The position numbers were made by a program, and so were the translations under genes. The notes beneath the pieces are model-generated. The model was given only the letters and a program-made list of their open reading frames with translations, ran no database searches and was not told the DNA's origin. This document shows, one piece after another, positions 13,525 through 22,854 of a stretch of 64,000 bases of DNA; the first letter of the stretch is position 1, and every line of letters begins with the position of its first letter. The stretch is from positions 14,326-78,325 of the forward strand of contig CAZLDG010000001.1 of assembly GCA_964558405.1 (NCBI GenBank). Direction: 5' to 3'. This DNA is from an uncultured Candidatus Thioglobus sp. (GTDB lineage Bacteria; Pseudomonadota; Gammaproteobacteria; PS1; Pseudothioglobaceae).

Positions 13525-13964
13525 AGTTTTTGTGCCTGAGGATGTTGACGACTAGCCTCTAGTACTTGCTGCTTTTGCGTCTCTGATAGTAGCGAAATAT
13601 TGGGAAAAACCTGACGATCTTCAAGACGTGCATGCGCTGCCAATAAGCTGGCAAATTCGGGCAATAATTGCGGATCATTAACCAGATCTTTAGCCAATTG
13701 ATAGAGTTGTTGATGCTCAGCAATTAACTGCGTGCACAATTGTTCTAACTCGTTTGAACACGTCGATAAAAACTTTAATAGGGTTTGTTCCTCGGTGTCA
13801 AAATGCGGCTTAAACTCCTGAGCAAACTTTGTAGAGATGGTAGTGCACAAAGCGCTTATCTCATCAATATTATTGCGCTTAAAGGTGTTTTTACAATGAT
13901 TGGCCAAGGACAGTGCCAAGTGATGCTCTTTGGTGAGAATTAAGAGTTCGTCGGCTATTTTCAT
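13518..13964 (-). CDS. Hemerythrin-like (HHE) di-iron four-helix-bundle protein
   Basis: 148 aa. Ligand-like pattern EHH ... HFDTE ... EH ... HARLE (H / HxxxE repeated twice). Its start abuts the nnrS stop with zero gap. Confidence 0.55.
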   Translation of the reverse strand: MKIADELLILTKEHHLALSLANHCKNTFKRNNIDEISALCTTISTKFAQEFKPHFDTEEQTLLKFLSTCSNELEQLCTQLIAEHQQLYQLAKDLVNDPQLLPEFASLLAAHARLEDRQVFPNISLLSETQKQQVLEASRQHPQAQKLW

Positions 13965-15152
13965 TTATCCAAATTGACCATCGGTTCTTGGCTTGAAAAA
14001 CATCGGTGTATAAACAATAGAAAAATAAGAAAACGCACCAATCCATAATAGTTGTGAGACCAGAATCCAGCTTTCGTAATAAGCCACTAATACCGATGGA
14101 AATACTACCCTAAAGACAAAAGACAGTACCAACAAAACAAACATCAGATTCAGTACTTTAGGCGGGTCAAATACATTGCGTCCCGTGTGTCCAAGTGAGA
14201 CTCTACACATCATACTCAGTGTCATCAGCGCAATACCAAAGGCAAAGCTATGCAGATCTAGGTGCGGTGGCAATACCAAGAAATAGCTCAGTGTATTGAG
14301 TAAAAATCCAAGCACGAACAACCCATAGGCCAAATAAATACTCCAAAGTAGAGATTTGCGCCAAATACCAACATTAAACCAGTTGATTAGGCGTTTGGCG
14401 TGAATCAAAAACAACGCCAATGGCAAAAGAGCAAATAGTGGATTACTGCTAGGGAAAAATACCTCTAATAGTAAGAACAATAAGAACAATACTAGGCTAG
14501 AGATATCTAGAAATTTTGAATTTTTCAACTGCGTTTCCAAACCCAAACCGCGCTCAATAAAAAACGGCAAGAGTCGTCTGGACATCATAAATAGCAGGCT
14601 AATTACCAGATAAAAACCGGCATAAATGCCTATATAGATACCATTATCTAACAACCCCATCAGACCCAGGTAATAGGCAATATGTGCAGCAAATAGTAGT
14701 GCTAATTTGGCAATAATAGAGACATTGTTCCAGTTCTTAGCCTTAATAATAGGATAAGCAATAGCCACCGTAGAAAGTAGTAAGAATCCACTGTCTAGTA
14801 GCATTTGATACCACAAGAGCTCAGCACTAATCCAAGGAGAAAATCGACCCAACACCCATAGAATCAACAGGGCCAGTAGTGGTTTGCCATATAGGGTTTG
14901 CACACCGGTCCAATTACGACTGGCGGTCAGTAAAAACCCCACAATGGTTGCACTGGCATAGGCAAATACCATCTCATGTGCATGCCAATATTGTGGCAAT
15001 ACGTAGCTGCTATTTATTAAGCCTTGATAGAGCAAAATCCAAACTAGCATACTAGTGATGCCGATGATACCGGCTGCAAAAAAGAAAGCCCTAAAGCCTA
15101 ATCTTAATAAAGGCGGTGTCGGATAATTGCTCTCTTGATTTAAGTTAATCAT
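13965..15152 (-). CDS. nnrS: NnrS family haem/copper membrane protein (NO-stress response)
   Basis: 395 aa polytopic membrane protein. N-terminal LRLGFRAFFFAAG and the WHAHEMVFAY motif are characteristic of the NnrS family. Confidence 0.85.
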   Translation of the reverse strand: MINLNQESNYPTPPLLRLGFRAFFFAAGIIGITSMLVWILLYQGLINSSYVLPQYWHAHEMVFAYASATIVGFLLTASRNWTGVQTLYGKPLLALLILWVLGRFSPWISAELLWYQMLLDSGFLLLSTVAIAYPIIKAKNWNNVSIIAKLALLFAAHIAYYLGLMGLLDNGIYIGIYAGFYLVISLLFMMSRRLLPFFIERGLGLETQLKNSKFLDISSLVLFLLFLLLEVFFPSSNPLFALLPLALFLIHAKRLINWFNVGIWRKSLLWSIYLAYGLFVLGFLLNTLSYFLVLPPHLDLHSFAFGIALMTLSMMCRVSLGHTGRNVFDPPKVLNLMFVLLVLSFVFRVVFPSVLVAYYESWILVSQLLWIGAFSYFSIVYTPMFFKPRTDGQFG

Positions 15153-15157
15153 AACAA

Positions 15158-16198
15158 CTAGTCAAACATAACCGCGGCCACTTTATCGGCCCAATTGGCA
15201 AATTCTGGGATGTTAAAAATCTCTGTGCCAACTGCTCTTTGCATGTCAGAGACCAGCATGACACCCAATTCTTTTTGCGGGAAATTACTGGCAAAGTCAA
15301 GAATATTTCCCCAGATTTGTTCAGCATCATCCTGATCTTTAACCGCAATCGCCCTACCCACTAACGCAGCACAAATCGCGTATTGAAGATCAACTTTTTT
15401 AGGAATATTGACCGACTCACCGCGCACAATAGCATCCAAATCTGGCAAATCTTTTAAATGCTCAATAAAGGTGGTTACTTCAACGCCAGCCACTTCACCC
15501 ACACAAGCGGTAGCGGCCTGTCTAAACAGTGTCAAATCCTGGCTAAATTTTCTCAAAGCTCGATGGGTAAACTCCCAGGTTCTAGGCGAAGGAAAACTAA
15601 CTGGATTGTGTGCAGCGTCAAAAGCAAACAAGTGTTCTGGTCGATAACGTAAAAAGCCGATAATCCCTTCGTCAATATCATTGGCATAGGCCCAGCTGAC
15701 CCAATCGTCCAAATGCACATCTAATTCGTAATGCGAGAAACGATTCGCCAGTGGCGCTGGCATCGAATAGGTTACACCACGATCACCCTGACGGTTACCT
15801 GCGGCAAAAATTACCCAGCCCTCAGGCACCACGTAATCACCCAAGCGTCGATCCAAAATCAGCTGATAAGCAGCAGCTGATACTGTAGGCGGTGCCGAGG
15901 TAATCTCATCTAAAAATAACACACCTCGCTCACCATGACGCGCAGCATCGGGTAGCAGTGAGGGAATAGACCAATCAACCAATTCACCATTTTTAAAAGG
16001 AATACCGCGCAAATCACTAGGCTCCATTTGTGAGAGGCGAACATCAATCACCGGCACTTGGTGCTTATTGGCAATTTGTGCAATAATTTGCGACTTACCA
16101 ATGCCTGGTGCACCCCAAAGCATTACCGGGGTATGATGTCCTGCCAATACCGAGTTGAGCTCTTTATCTAGGATTTGACTAACTTGTTGTGGTCTCAT
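15158..16198 (-). CDS. MoxR-class AAA+ ATPase (AAA_5 / CbbQ-NorQ-like)
   Basis: Walker A GAPGIGKS, Walker B VLFLDEIT, sensor region AAGN. The tracked ORF extends to a GTG at 16264, only 5 nt from divergent ybeD. The ATG at 16198 (MRPQQVSQIL) leaves a 71-nt divergent promoter region and is preferred. Confidence 0.85.
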   Translation of the reverse strand: MRPQQVSQILDKELNSVLAGHHTPVMLWGAPGIGKSQIIAQIANKHQVPVIDVRLSQMEPSDLRGIPFKNGELVDWSIPSLLPDAARHGERGVLFLDEITSAPPTVSAAAYQLILDRRLGDYVVPEGWVIFAAGNRQGDRGVTYSMPAPLANRFSHYELDVHLDDWVSWAYANDIDEGIIGFLRYRPEHLFAFDAAHNPVSFPSPRTWEFTHRALRKFSQDLTLFRQAATACVGEVAGVEVTTFIEHLKDLPDLDAIVRGESVNIPKKVDLQYAICAALVGRAIAVKDQDDAEQIWGNILDFASNFPQKELGVMLVSDMQRAVGTEIFNIPEFANWADKVAAVMFD

Positions 16199-16269
16199 GG
16201 ATTTTCTAGGGACTTGAAAATAATAAAATTGGCCATATTCTACCGTAATAGAAGATAAAATCACTTGCT

Positions 16270-16548
16270 ATGAACAATACTAATCTGAGCTCAGAAGAAA
16301 TTTTCAACTTCCCTTGCGACTATCCTGTCAAGGTTTTTGGCAAGGATTGTGTGGAATTGCACACAACGATTTGCACCATTATTGAGCGTCATACCGATAA
16401 GCTACATCCTAATCAAATTAGCACCAAGCGCAGCTCTAAAGGCAGTTATATTTCTTTTACAGTACGCATTATTGCCACTTCTCGCACGCAACTTGATGCC
16501 ATTAATCAAGACCTACAAGACTGTGAGCTGGTTGCCTACGTATTGTAG
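16270..16548 (+). CDS. ybeD: YbeD/DUF493 family protein (UPF0250)
   Basis: 92 aa. [11 protein letters not shown] ... [11 protein letters not shown] aligns by eye with E. coli YbeD. Canonical position upstream of lipB. Confidence 0.85.
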   Translation: MNNTNLSSEEIFNFPCDYPVKVFGKDCVELHTTICTIIERHTDKLHPNQISTKRSSKGSYISFTVRIIATSRTQLDAINQDLQDCELVAYVL

Positions 16549-16565
16549 GATTTATTCCTATCTCT

Positions 16566-17177
16566 TTGCCCATGCATATTAAAAACCTAGGGCGCCAAGA
16601 TTATCAACCCACTTGGGAGCAGATGATTACCTTTACTCAGAATCGCGATGCACAAAGCGCTGATGAGCTGTGGATCGTCGAGCATCCGCCGGTCTTTACC
16701 CAAGGCATTTCAGGCACCAAAAAGCACGTGTTAAGCACGAGTGATATCCCCATTGTGCAAAGCGATCGCGGTGGACAAATCACTTATCATGGTCCAGGAC
16801 AGTTGGTTATTTACTGTTTGTTTGACTTAAAGCGTTTAGGACTAGGTGTAAAGCAAACCGTTGGTATTTTAGAGGCTAGCGTGCAAGAATTATTAAGTCG
16901 CTATCAAATCGATACGCACTTAAAAGATGGTGCGCCCGGTGTGTATGTTAATAATCAGAAAATATCTGCCCTAGGGCTAAAAGTTAAAAACGGCAAAACC
17001 TATCATGGCCTGAGTCTGAATATTGACATGGACCTCTCGCCCTTTTCTCAGATTAACCCTTGCGGTTATCCTGGGTTAGAGGTTACACAAATGGCGGATT
17101 TAACGGATAATGTTAACTTTTTAACCGTGGCCAACGAACTGTGCCAAATACTACAAAATAATGTCACAAGAGATTGA
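16566..17177 (+). CDS. lipB: Octanoyltransferase (lipoyl(octanoyl) transferase)
   Basis: 203 aa. [32 protein letters not shown] and NPCGY motifs. Confidence 0.92.
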   Translation: MPMHIKNLGRQDYQPTWEQMITFTQNRDAQSADELWIVEHPPVFTQGISGTKKHVLSTSDIPIVQSDRGGQITYHGPGQLVIYCLFDLKRLGLGVKQTVGILEASVQELLSRYQIDTHLKDGAPGVYVNNQKISALGLKVKNGKTYHGLSLNIDMDLSPFSQINPCGYPGLEVTQMADLTDNVNFLTVANELCQILQNNVTRD

Positions 17178-18108
17178 TATTAAAGCACTAAAAGGTGAAT
17201 CCAAGGTTTCGCGCTTAAAAATCAAGCCTGATGCCAATCGCAAAGCATTGCGCAAGCCAGAATGGATTCGCATTAAACGCCCTGCCGGTAACAAGGTCGA
17301 AAAACTTAAAGACACACTTAGAGGGCAAAAACTCTTTACCGTGTGCGAAGAGGCACAATGTCCAAATCTGGGCGAGTGCTTTAATCACGGCACCGCTACG
17401 TTTATGATCATGGGCCAGATTTGTACCAGGCGCTGTCCTTTTTGCGATGTAGCGCATGGTAAGCCTAAACCACTGGACAAAAGCGAGCCTGAACACCTGG
17501 CACAAACCATTGAAAAAATGGCGCTGAAATACGTGGTGATTACCTCAGTGGATCGTGATGATTTGCGTGATGGTGGTGCCCAGCACTTTAAGCAATGCAT
17601 CGATGCCATTCGAGCTCGAACGCCAGCCGTTCAGATTGAGATTCTTACCCCTGATTTTAGAGGCAGAATGGATAAGGCCCTAGAGATCTTTAAATCTTGC
17701 CCGCCTGATGTGTTTAATCACAATCTAGAGACGGTACCTAGCCTATACCCACAGGTACGTCCAGGCGCTGATTATGCTTACTCATTACAACTGCTTAAAG
17801 CTTTTAAAGCACAACATCCTGAGGTAAGCAGCAAATCGGGACTGATGTTGGGTGTGGGTGAGCATGAAAAACAAGTGATTAACGTGTTAAAAGATTTAAG
17901 AACCCATGATGTGGATATGCTCACACTGGGCCAATACTTACAACCTTCTAAGCACCACTTGGCTGTAGAGCAATACATTACCCCTGAGCAATTTGAGCGC
18001 TATAAAGAGATTGCACTTGAATTAGGCTTTAAACAGGTAGCCAGTGGCCCAATGGTACGCTCTTCTTATCACGCAGATCTGCAAGCCGCTGGGCAAGAAA
18101 TTAGCTAA
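17161..18108 (+). CDS. lipA: Lipoyl synthase (radical SAM)
   Basis: 315 aa. [12 protein letters not shown] auxiliary-cluster motif and CTRRCPFC radical-SAM motif. 17-nt overlap with lipB. Confidence 0.96.
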   Translation: MSQEIDIKALKGESKVSRLKIKPDANRKALRKPEWIRIKRPAGNKVEKLKDTLRGQKLFTVCEEAQCPNLGECFNHGTATFMIMGQICTRRCPFCDVAHGKPKPLDKSEPEHLAQTIEKMALKYVVITSVDRDDLRDGGAQHFKQCIDAIRARTPAVQIEILTPDFRGRMDKALEIFKSCPPDVFNHNLETVPSLYPQVRPGADYAYSLQLLKAFKAQHPEVSSKSGLMLGVGEHEKQVINVLKDLRTHDVDMLTLGQYLQPSKHHLAVEQYITPEQFERYKEIALELGFKQVASGPMVRSSYHADLQAAGQEIS

Positions 18109-18126
18109 CTGCCTATAAAAACCCAA

Positions 18127-18159
18127 TAAAAAAGGCTTCATATTTGAAGCCTTTTTTTT
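18127..18159. terminator. Bidirectional rho-independent terminator between lipA (+) and the RND gene (-)
   Basis: A-run, stem GGCTTCA (18134-18140), loop TATT, stem TGAAGCC (18145-18151), T8 run 18152-18159. Confidence 0.85.
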
Positions 18160-18177
18160 GATACTGATGACTTAAAC

Positions 18178-21100
18178 CTATACGTCGTTCTTATCTTCTT
18201 TTTTCAGCAGGCCGTTGGTATCAATCTTTTTATCATCTTCTTGAGTCTCAGAGCTCTGCTCAGCCTTTTTCTCCGTGTTTTTCTTAAGAGCTGACTTAAT
18301 CCATTTTTTTGCATCTGGTGCTTTTTTCTCACTCTTTTCTTTGACTGGTTTTTCCACGTTGTACTTGGCATCGGTATCACTATCACCCGGTAGCAAGCCC
18401 ATATTAACCGCAATATTGCGACAAGAGGCTTCGCCAGCAGAGAGTGTACCCAGCGGAATAACAATCAAAGTCAGCACCGTTGAAACCAATACACCAAATA
18501 GCAGTGAAATCGCCATGCCTTGGAAAATTGGATCAGACAAAATCACACTAGAACCACCTACTAGAGCGAAGGCAGTGATTAGAATTGGTCGTGTACGTGA
18601 AGAACAAGAGTTGATTACTGCATCAAAGAACGGCGTGCCTTTGGCGTATTCTTGCACGGTGAAGTCTACCAATAGGATAGAGTTACGTACGATAATACCG
18701 GCTAGCGCAATCCAGCCAATCATCGAAGTCGCGGTAAACTCAGCACCCAACATCCAATGACCCGGCACAATGCCCAGTAGTGTTAGCGGAATCGGCGCCA
18801 TAATAACCGCCGGAATAATAAAGTTACCAAACTGCCAGACCACCAGCATATAAATCACCACCAGCGCTACACCAAAGGCCATGCCCATGTCGCGGAAGGT
18901 TTCATAGGTAACGGTCCACTCACCACCCCATTCAAAGCCTGGTACCGTTTGATTCTCAGGCGGACCCAGGTATTCACCTTGGAGTTGTTTACCATCAATG
19001 GTTTGATAGCGTAGTAATAAATCATCCACTGCAAACATGGCGTAGATTGGCGCACTTAAGCGACCTACAGGCTCACCCAGTACATATTCCACATCAGCCA
19101 AGTCTTTATGGAAGATTAGCTCGTCTTGTTTTTTGTAGACAAACGAACCTAGCTCAGAGATTGGAATCATGCCGCCATATTGTGACTGCACTGGCAATTG
19201 GGTTAGATATGACAATTGCGAACGCTTAGACAATGGCACTTGAATACAAATACGTGAAGGCTCTAATGCATTTTTAAGACGAATAGTACCCACATTAAAG
19301 CTACTCATGGCCATGGCCAAGGTTTCTTTAATGGTTTGTACACTCACACCAAAGCGTGAAGCTTTTTCAGTATTTACCTCAAAGTCAATCACTGGGTATT
19401 CATCGCGCATTAGATTGTCAATGTCGGTCATGGTGCCTGACTCTTTAAAGAGCTCAGTCAGGTCGTTGGCCAATTGCTTACGCGTAGCACGATCAGGGCC
19501 ATAAACCTCGGCCACCACTGGGCGCAATACTGGTGGACCTGGTGGCATCTCGACCACAGCGTAGTTAGCGCCAGCATCGGCTGCAATTTGTTTGACCAGC
19601 TCACGTGCTTCTAGCGCAATCTCATGCGAAGTACGCTTACGATCTGCTTTTTCTGCCAGTTGAATCTGCAGCTCGCCTTCAGAAGGCATATGTCTTAGAT
19701 AATAGTGTCGTACCAGACCGTTAAAGTCAAACGGTTTGGCGGTACCACTATAGGTTTGAATGGCCACTACTTCCGGAATATTTCTCAGCTCTTGTGCCAT
19801 GGCGTGCAAAGTCGTTGCGGTATCTGCCAGGGCCGAACCATCAGGCATATCTAGTACCACACCAAACTCCGACTTATTGTCCAGTGGCAACATCTTCACC
19901 GGCACCGAAGTATTGTAGAACATGGTCATTGAAGCAAAGAACGCTACAACCAGACCTATTAAGAATCCATAGCCATACACTCTAACGTTAAATAACTTAG
20001 AGATGGTTGCATGGTAGAACTTGTGCATGACCTTTTGTTCTTTTTCTTCTTTGGCATGCATCTTGTGCAACACGTTAAGCGGTGGCACAATCTTCATAAT
20101 AAAGTACGGGGTGAAAACAAAGGCGGCAAATAGTGAGAACATCATCGCTACCGAACCCAGAATTGGAATTGGCGCCATATATGGACCCATCATTCCACTT
20201 ACTGCTGCCATTGGTACCAGGGCTGCAACCACGGTAAAGGTTGCCAAAATGGTTGGATTGCCCACTTCTCTTACCGCATCAATTGCCGTTTTAATGGTAA
20301 TTTTGTTGTCAATGAGCCAGCGTCGATAAATATTTTCCGTGACCACAATTGCATCATCTACTAAGATACCAATAGAGAAAATCAGCGCAAATAGACTCAC
20401 CCTATCAATGGTCATACCCAGAATCCAGGCAGAGAAAATAGTCATTAGTAGTACGACTGGAATTACCAGTGTGACCACAATCGCTGGACGCACACCCAAT
20501 GCAAACCAAACCAGAATAGTCACCGCACCGGTAGCAATAAAGAGCTTTTTAATCAGCGCATTAACTTTATCTTTGGCAGATTTTCCATAGTCTCGAGTAA
20601 CACTAACTTCCACATTATCTGGAATTAAGCGTCCTTTTAATTCTTCTACTTTGGCCAAAATATCATTGGCCACCTTAACACCATTGGTACCATATTTCTT
20701 CGCCACCGCCACAGTAACTGCCTGCTCACCTGTGGCTTTTTGCTCAGTGGTGTTGGCCTTGCCGGTGTAGTAATTAACCATGTGCTTGGTATCTTCTGGC
20801 GCGTAATACACATCGGCCACATCACGAATATAGACCGGTTTGCCATCATTAATAGAAACTACTAGGTTTTCAATATCTTCAACCTTGGTAAAGAAGTCAC
20901 CCGAGTAAACTTCCATTTGATAGCCATTTAGCTCAATATTACCCGTGTGTTCACGCACATTAGCTGAGCCAATCGTGCCAGCAATTTGTTGTACTGAGAC
21001 GTTATAACCTGCCAAACGCCCTGGATAAAGATCGACGTGGAAAATCTCTTTACGACCACCAACGACAAAGCCGTTATTGGTATCTTTAACCTTTTCTAAT

Positions 21101-21654
21101 TGTTGCAGCAGCTCTAAACCCAAAGAGCGTAGCTGTCCGTCATCTAGTGATTTTGACCATAGGGTTAGGTTGATAATTGGTACGTCATCAATTTCCTTAG
21201 GCTTAATCAGTGGCTTTTTCGCCCCTGGCGGCATAAAGTCCAGATTAGCCAGCATCTTATCGCGCACCTTAATAATGGAGGCATTCATCTCCTGGCCTAC
21301 GTCAAACTCAACAGTGATAATGCCCTGCCCCTTATCACTAACCGAATAAACGTGTTTTACACCCAGAATATGTGACATTAAGCGCTCAAGCGGCTTAATA
21401 ACAATGTTAGAGACCTCTTCTGAAGAGGCGCCTGGATATTCTACAAACAGATCAATCAGTGGTACTGAGATCTGTGGATCTTCTTGTCTTGGTGTGGAGA
21501 TTAGACCGATAATACCGGCGCCCAGCATGGCGAAGAAGATAATAATCGACAGTGGCGAGGTAATAAAAGCCTTGGTCAGCTTGCCCGCAACACCTAAGTC
21601 GTGTGCTTCGCTCGCCGAGTTGGCTTGATTTTGATCCATATTATTACTTGACAT
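18178..21654 (-). CDS. RND efflux permease (AcrB/AcrD/AcrF superfamily) with extended charged C-terminal tail
   Basis: 1158 aa with 12-TM RND architecture and two large periplasmic loops. Begins 9 nt after the adaptor gene. The last ~87 aa (18178-18441) are Lys/Glu/Asp-rich low complexity. Confidence 0.9.
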   Translation of the reverse strand: MSSNNMDQNQANSASEAHDLGVAGKLTKAFITSPLSIIIFFAMLGAGIIGLISTPRQEDPQISVPLIDLFVEYPGASSEEVSNIVIKPLERLMSHILGVKHVYSVSDKGQGIITVEFDVGQEMNASIIKVRDKMLANLDFMPPGAKKPLIKPKEIDDVPIINLTLWSKSLDDGQLRSLGLELLQQLEKVKDTNNGFVVGGRKEIFHVDLYPGRLAGYNVSVQQIAGTIGSANVREHTGNIELNGYQMEVYSGDFFTKVEDIENLVVSINDGKPVYIRDVADVYYAPEDTKHMVNYYTGKANTTEQKATGEQAVTVAVAKKYGTNGVKVANDILAKVEELKGRLIPDNVEVSVTRDYGKSAKDKVNALIKKLFIATGAVTILVWFALGVRPAIVVTLVIPVVLLMTIFSAWILGMTIDRVSLFALIFSIGILVDDAIVVTENIYRRWLIDNKITIKTAIDAVREVGNPTILATFTVVAALVPMAAVSGMMGPYMAPIPILGSVAMMFSLFAAFVFTPYFIMKIVPPLNVLHKMHAKEEKEQKVMHKFYHATISKLFNVRVYGYGFLIGLVVAFFASMTMFYNTSVPVKMLPLDNKSEFGVVLDMPDGSALADTATTLHAMAQELRNIPEVVAIQTYSGTAKPFDFNGLVRHYYLRHMPSEGELQIQLAEKADRKRTSHEIALEARELVKQIAADAGANYAVVEMPPGPPVLRPVVAEVYGPDRATRKQLANDLTELFKESGTMTDIDNLMRDEYPVIDFEVNTEKASRFGVSVQTIKETLAMAMSSFNVGTIRLKNALEPSRICIQVPLSKRSQLSYLTQLPVQSQYGGMIPISELGSFVYKKQDELIFHKDLADVEYVLGEPVGRLSAPIYAMFAVDDLLLRYQTIDGKQLQGEYLGPPENQTVPGFEWGGEWTVTYETFRDMGMAFGVALVVIYMLVVWQFGNFIIPAVIMAPIPLTLLGIVPGHWMLGAEFTATSMIGWIALAGIIVRNSILLVDFTVQEYAKGTPFFDAVINSCSSRTRPILITAFALVGGSSVILSDPIFQGMAISLLFGVLVSTVLTLIVIPLGTLSAGEASCRNIAVNMGLLPGDSDTDAKYNVEKPVKEKSEKKAPDAKKWIKSALKKNTEKKAEQSSETQEDDKKIDTNGLLKKEDKNDV

Positions 21655-21663
21655 AGTTCAGTC

Positions 21664-22854
21664 TTAGATATTCATTCCTGAAACCATCAAAATATTTGGA
21701 TTGGTCACAATGCGCTCACCTACCTTTAAGCCTGATAAGACACTCTTTTTGTCCTTGCCTACTTGCTCACCCAAGCGGATAAATCTCAACTCGGTTTTAT
21801 TGGTTTGTGGATTGACCACAAACACACTTGGTAGCGATGAACGCCACATAATAGCATTTTCAGCAATAACCGGCGTTAGGATGCCAGAATCGGTCTCAAA
21901 GATTTCCACCTCAGCATAAGCACCTGGCAGTACCGGTGTATTAGGTGGTAAATCAAACTTTACTTTAACACTATGCTTGGCATTATCGGCAATAGGATAG
22001 ATTTGCGACAACTTAGCATCCACCACAATATTGGCAATATCAAGCTTAATGCGATAAGCTTTTTCCATCTTAAGACTGCGAACCAATCTTGACGGAATGT
22101 TAACCTCAACCTGCAAATCTTTAATATTGGCAAACTTAATCAGGGTTTGACCTGGATTAACAATATCACCCTTGTTAACACTCTTGGCCACAATCACACC
22201 ATCAAATGGCGCGCTCACATTGGCGTCTTTTAGTTTTTCTTCAATCTGTTTTAGATTGTTTTCAGCCTGTGTTAGTTTGTTTTTAGCTTGCTGGTACTGA
22301 GTGTAGCGCGAAGTTCTATTGGCAAACTTATCAAACTCGGGATTGCCCTGACCTGAGATTTTTAACATAGGATCAGTAAACATCGAGAACATGCCTGGAA
22401 TCGAACCCAGCATCGGTGATGAGTTTGGTGAGACAATAGATTGTGAATATTGCACGCCCGCATTTCTTAGAGCTTCATTGGCTGAGGCAATCTCAGCATA
22501 GGCCGAATCTCTTTGCGCTTGAATAGATTCTTGCTCCAAGGTAACCAATACTGCACCTTGTTTGAACATGTCACCCTCTTGACCGCTCACACTTAAAATA
22601 TCGCCCGGTACTTGTGCAGTTAAATTAACCTGAGAAGAAGAGATTACCGAGCCACCCAAAATAGCACGTTTGTCCAGTGACATACCGGTGACTTTTTGAA
22701 TGTTATAAACTGAGTCAAAACTCTCAGAATTTTGTTGGATTCCTTGCGCTTGTAAAGGCAATGAAAATGCTAGAAAAATCGAGCTGACAAATGGAATAAA
22801 TGTGGTTCTCATATTTGGGGTGTTTTGCATAGTTAATAAGTAAAACTTTAGCAA
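21664..22854 (-). CDS. RND efflux periplasmic adaptor (membrane fusion protein, HlyD/AcrA family)
   Basis: 396 aa ORF. The likely real start is an internal Met (22830 or 22812), giving signal peptide MRTTFIPFVSSIFLAFSLPLQAQG. Contains coiled-coil hairpin, lipoyl and beta-barrel segments. Confidence 0.85.
   Translation of the reverse strand: MLKFYLLTMQNTPNMRTTFIPFVSSIFLAFSLPLQAQGIQQNSESFDSVYNIQKVTGMSLDKRAILGGSVISSSQVNLTAQVPGDILSVSGQEGDMFKQGAVLVTLEQESIQAQRDSAYAEIASANEALRNAGVQYSQSIVSPNSSPMLGSIPGMFSMFTDPMLKISGQGNPEFDKFANRTSRYTQYQQAKNKLTQAENNLKQIEEKLKDANVSAPFDGVIVAKSVNKGDIVNPGQTLIKFANIKDLQVEVNIPSRLVRSLKMEKAYRIKLDIANIVVDAKLSQIYPIADNAKHSVKVKFDLPPNTPVLPGAYAEVEIFETDSGILTPVIAENAIMWRSSLPSVFVVNPQTNKTELRFIRLGEQVGKDKKSVLSGLKVGERIVTNPNILMVSGMNI

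Noticed and set aside
15145-15348. A 67-aa minus-strand ORF spanning the AAA+/nnrS junction, and a 63-aa ORF at 54294-54485 over the iscS 3' end.
   Set aside because: Both are out-of-frame overlaps of well-supported genes with no independent signals.
16238-16253. An inverted repeat TTCTA-N6-TAGAA in the AAA+/ybeD divergent region, considered as a possible operator. I also looked for an NsrR-type AAGATGCATTT-like box and an FNR-type TTGAT-N4-ATCAA box here.
   Set aside because: The arms are only 5 bp, which is expected by chance in AT-rich DNA. No NsrR- or FNR-like box was visible by eye. This is not enough to call a site.
16199-16264. A GTG-initiated 22-codon N-terminal extension of the AAA+ ATPase given by the ORF track.
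   Set aside because: It would leave only 5 nt between divergent genes, with no room for promoters. The extension (ILSSITVEYGQFYYFQVPRKS) precedes the conserved AAA+ N-terminus. The ATG at 16198 is preferred, but I cannot exclude the longer form.
18275-18760. A 161-aa plus-strand ORF antisense to the RND permease. Similar shadow ORFs are at 1563-1916 (in rnr), 33268-33621 (out of frame in lpxA), 42288-42668 (in fabF), 16337-16582 (over ybeD) and 63345-63698 (in lysC).
   Set aside because: Each is fully embedded in a gene with strong family motifs. Their translations are low-complexity, they have no plausible RBS or promoter, and no free space exists for them.
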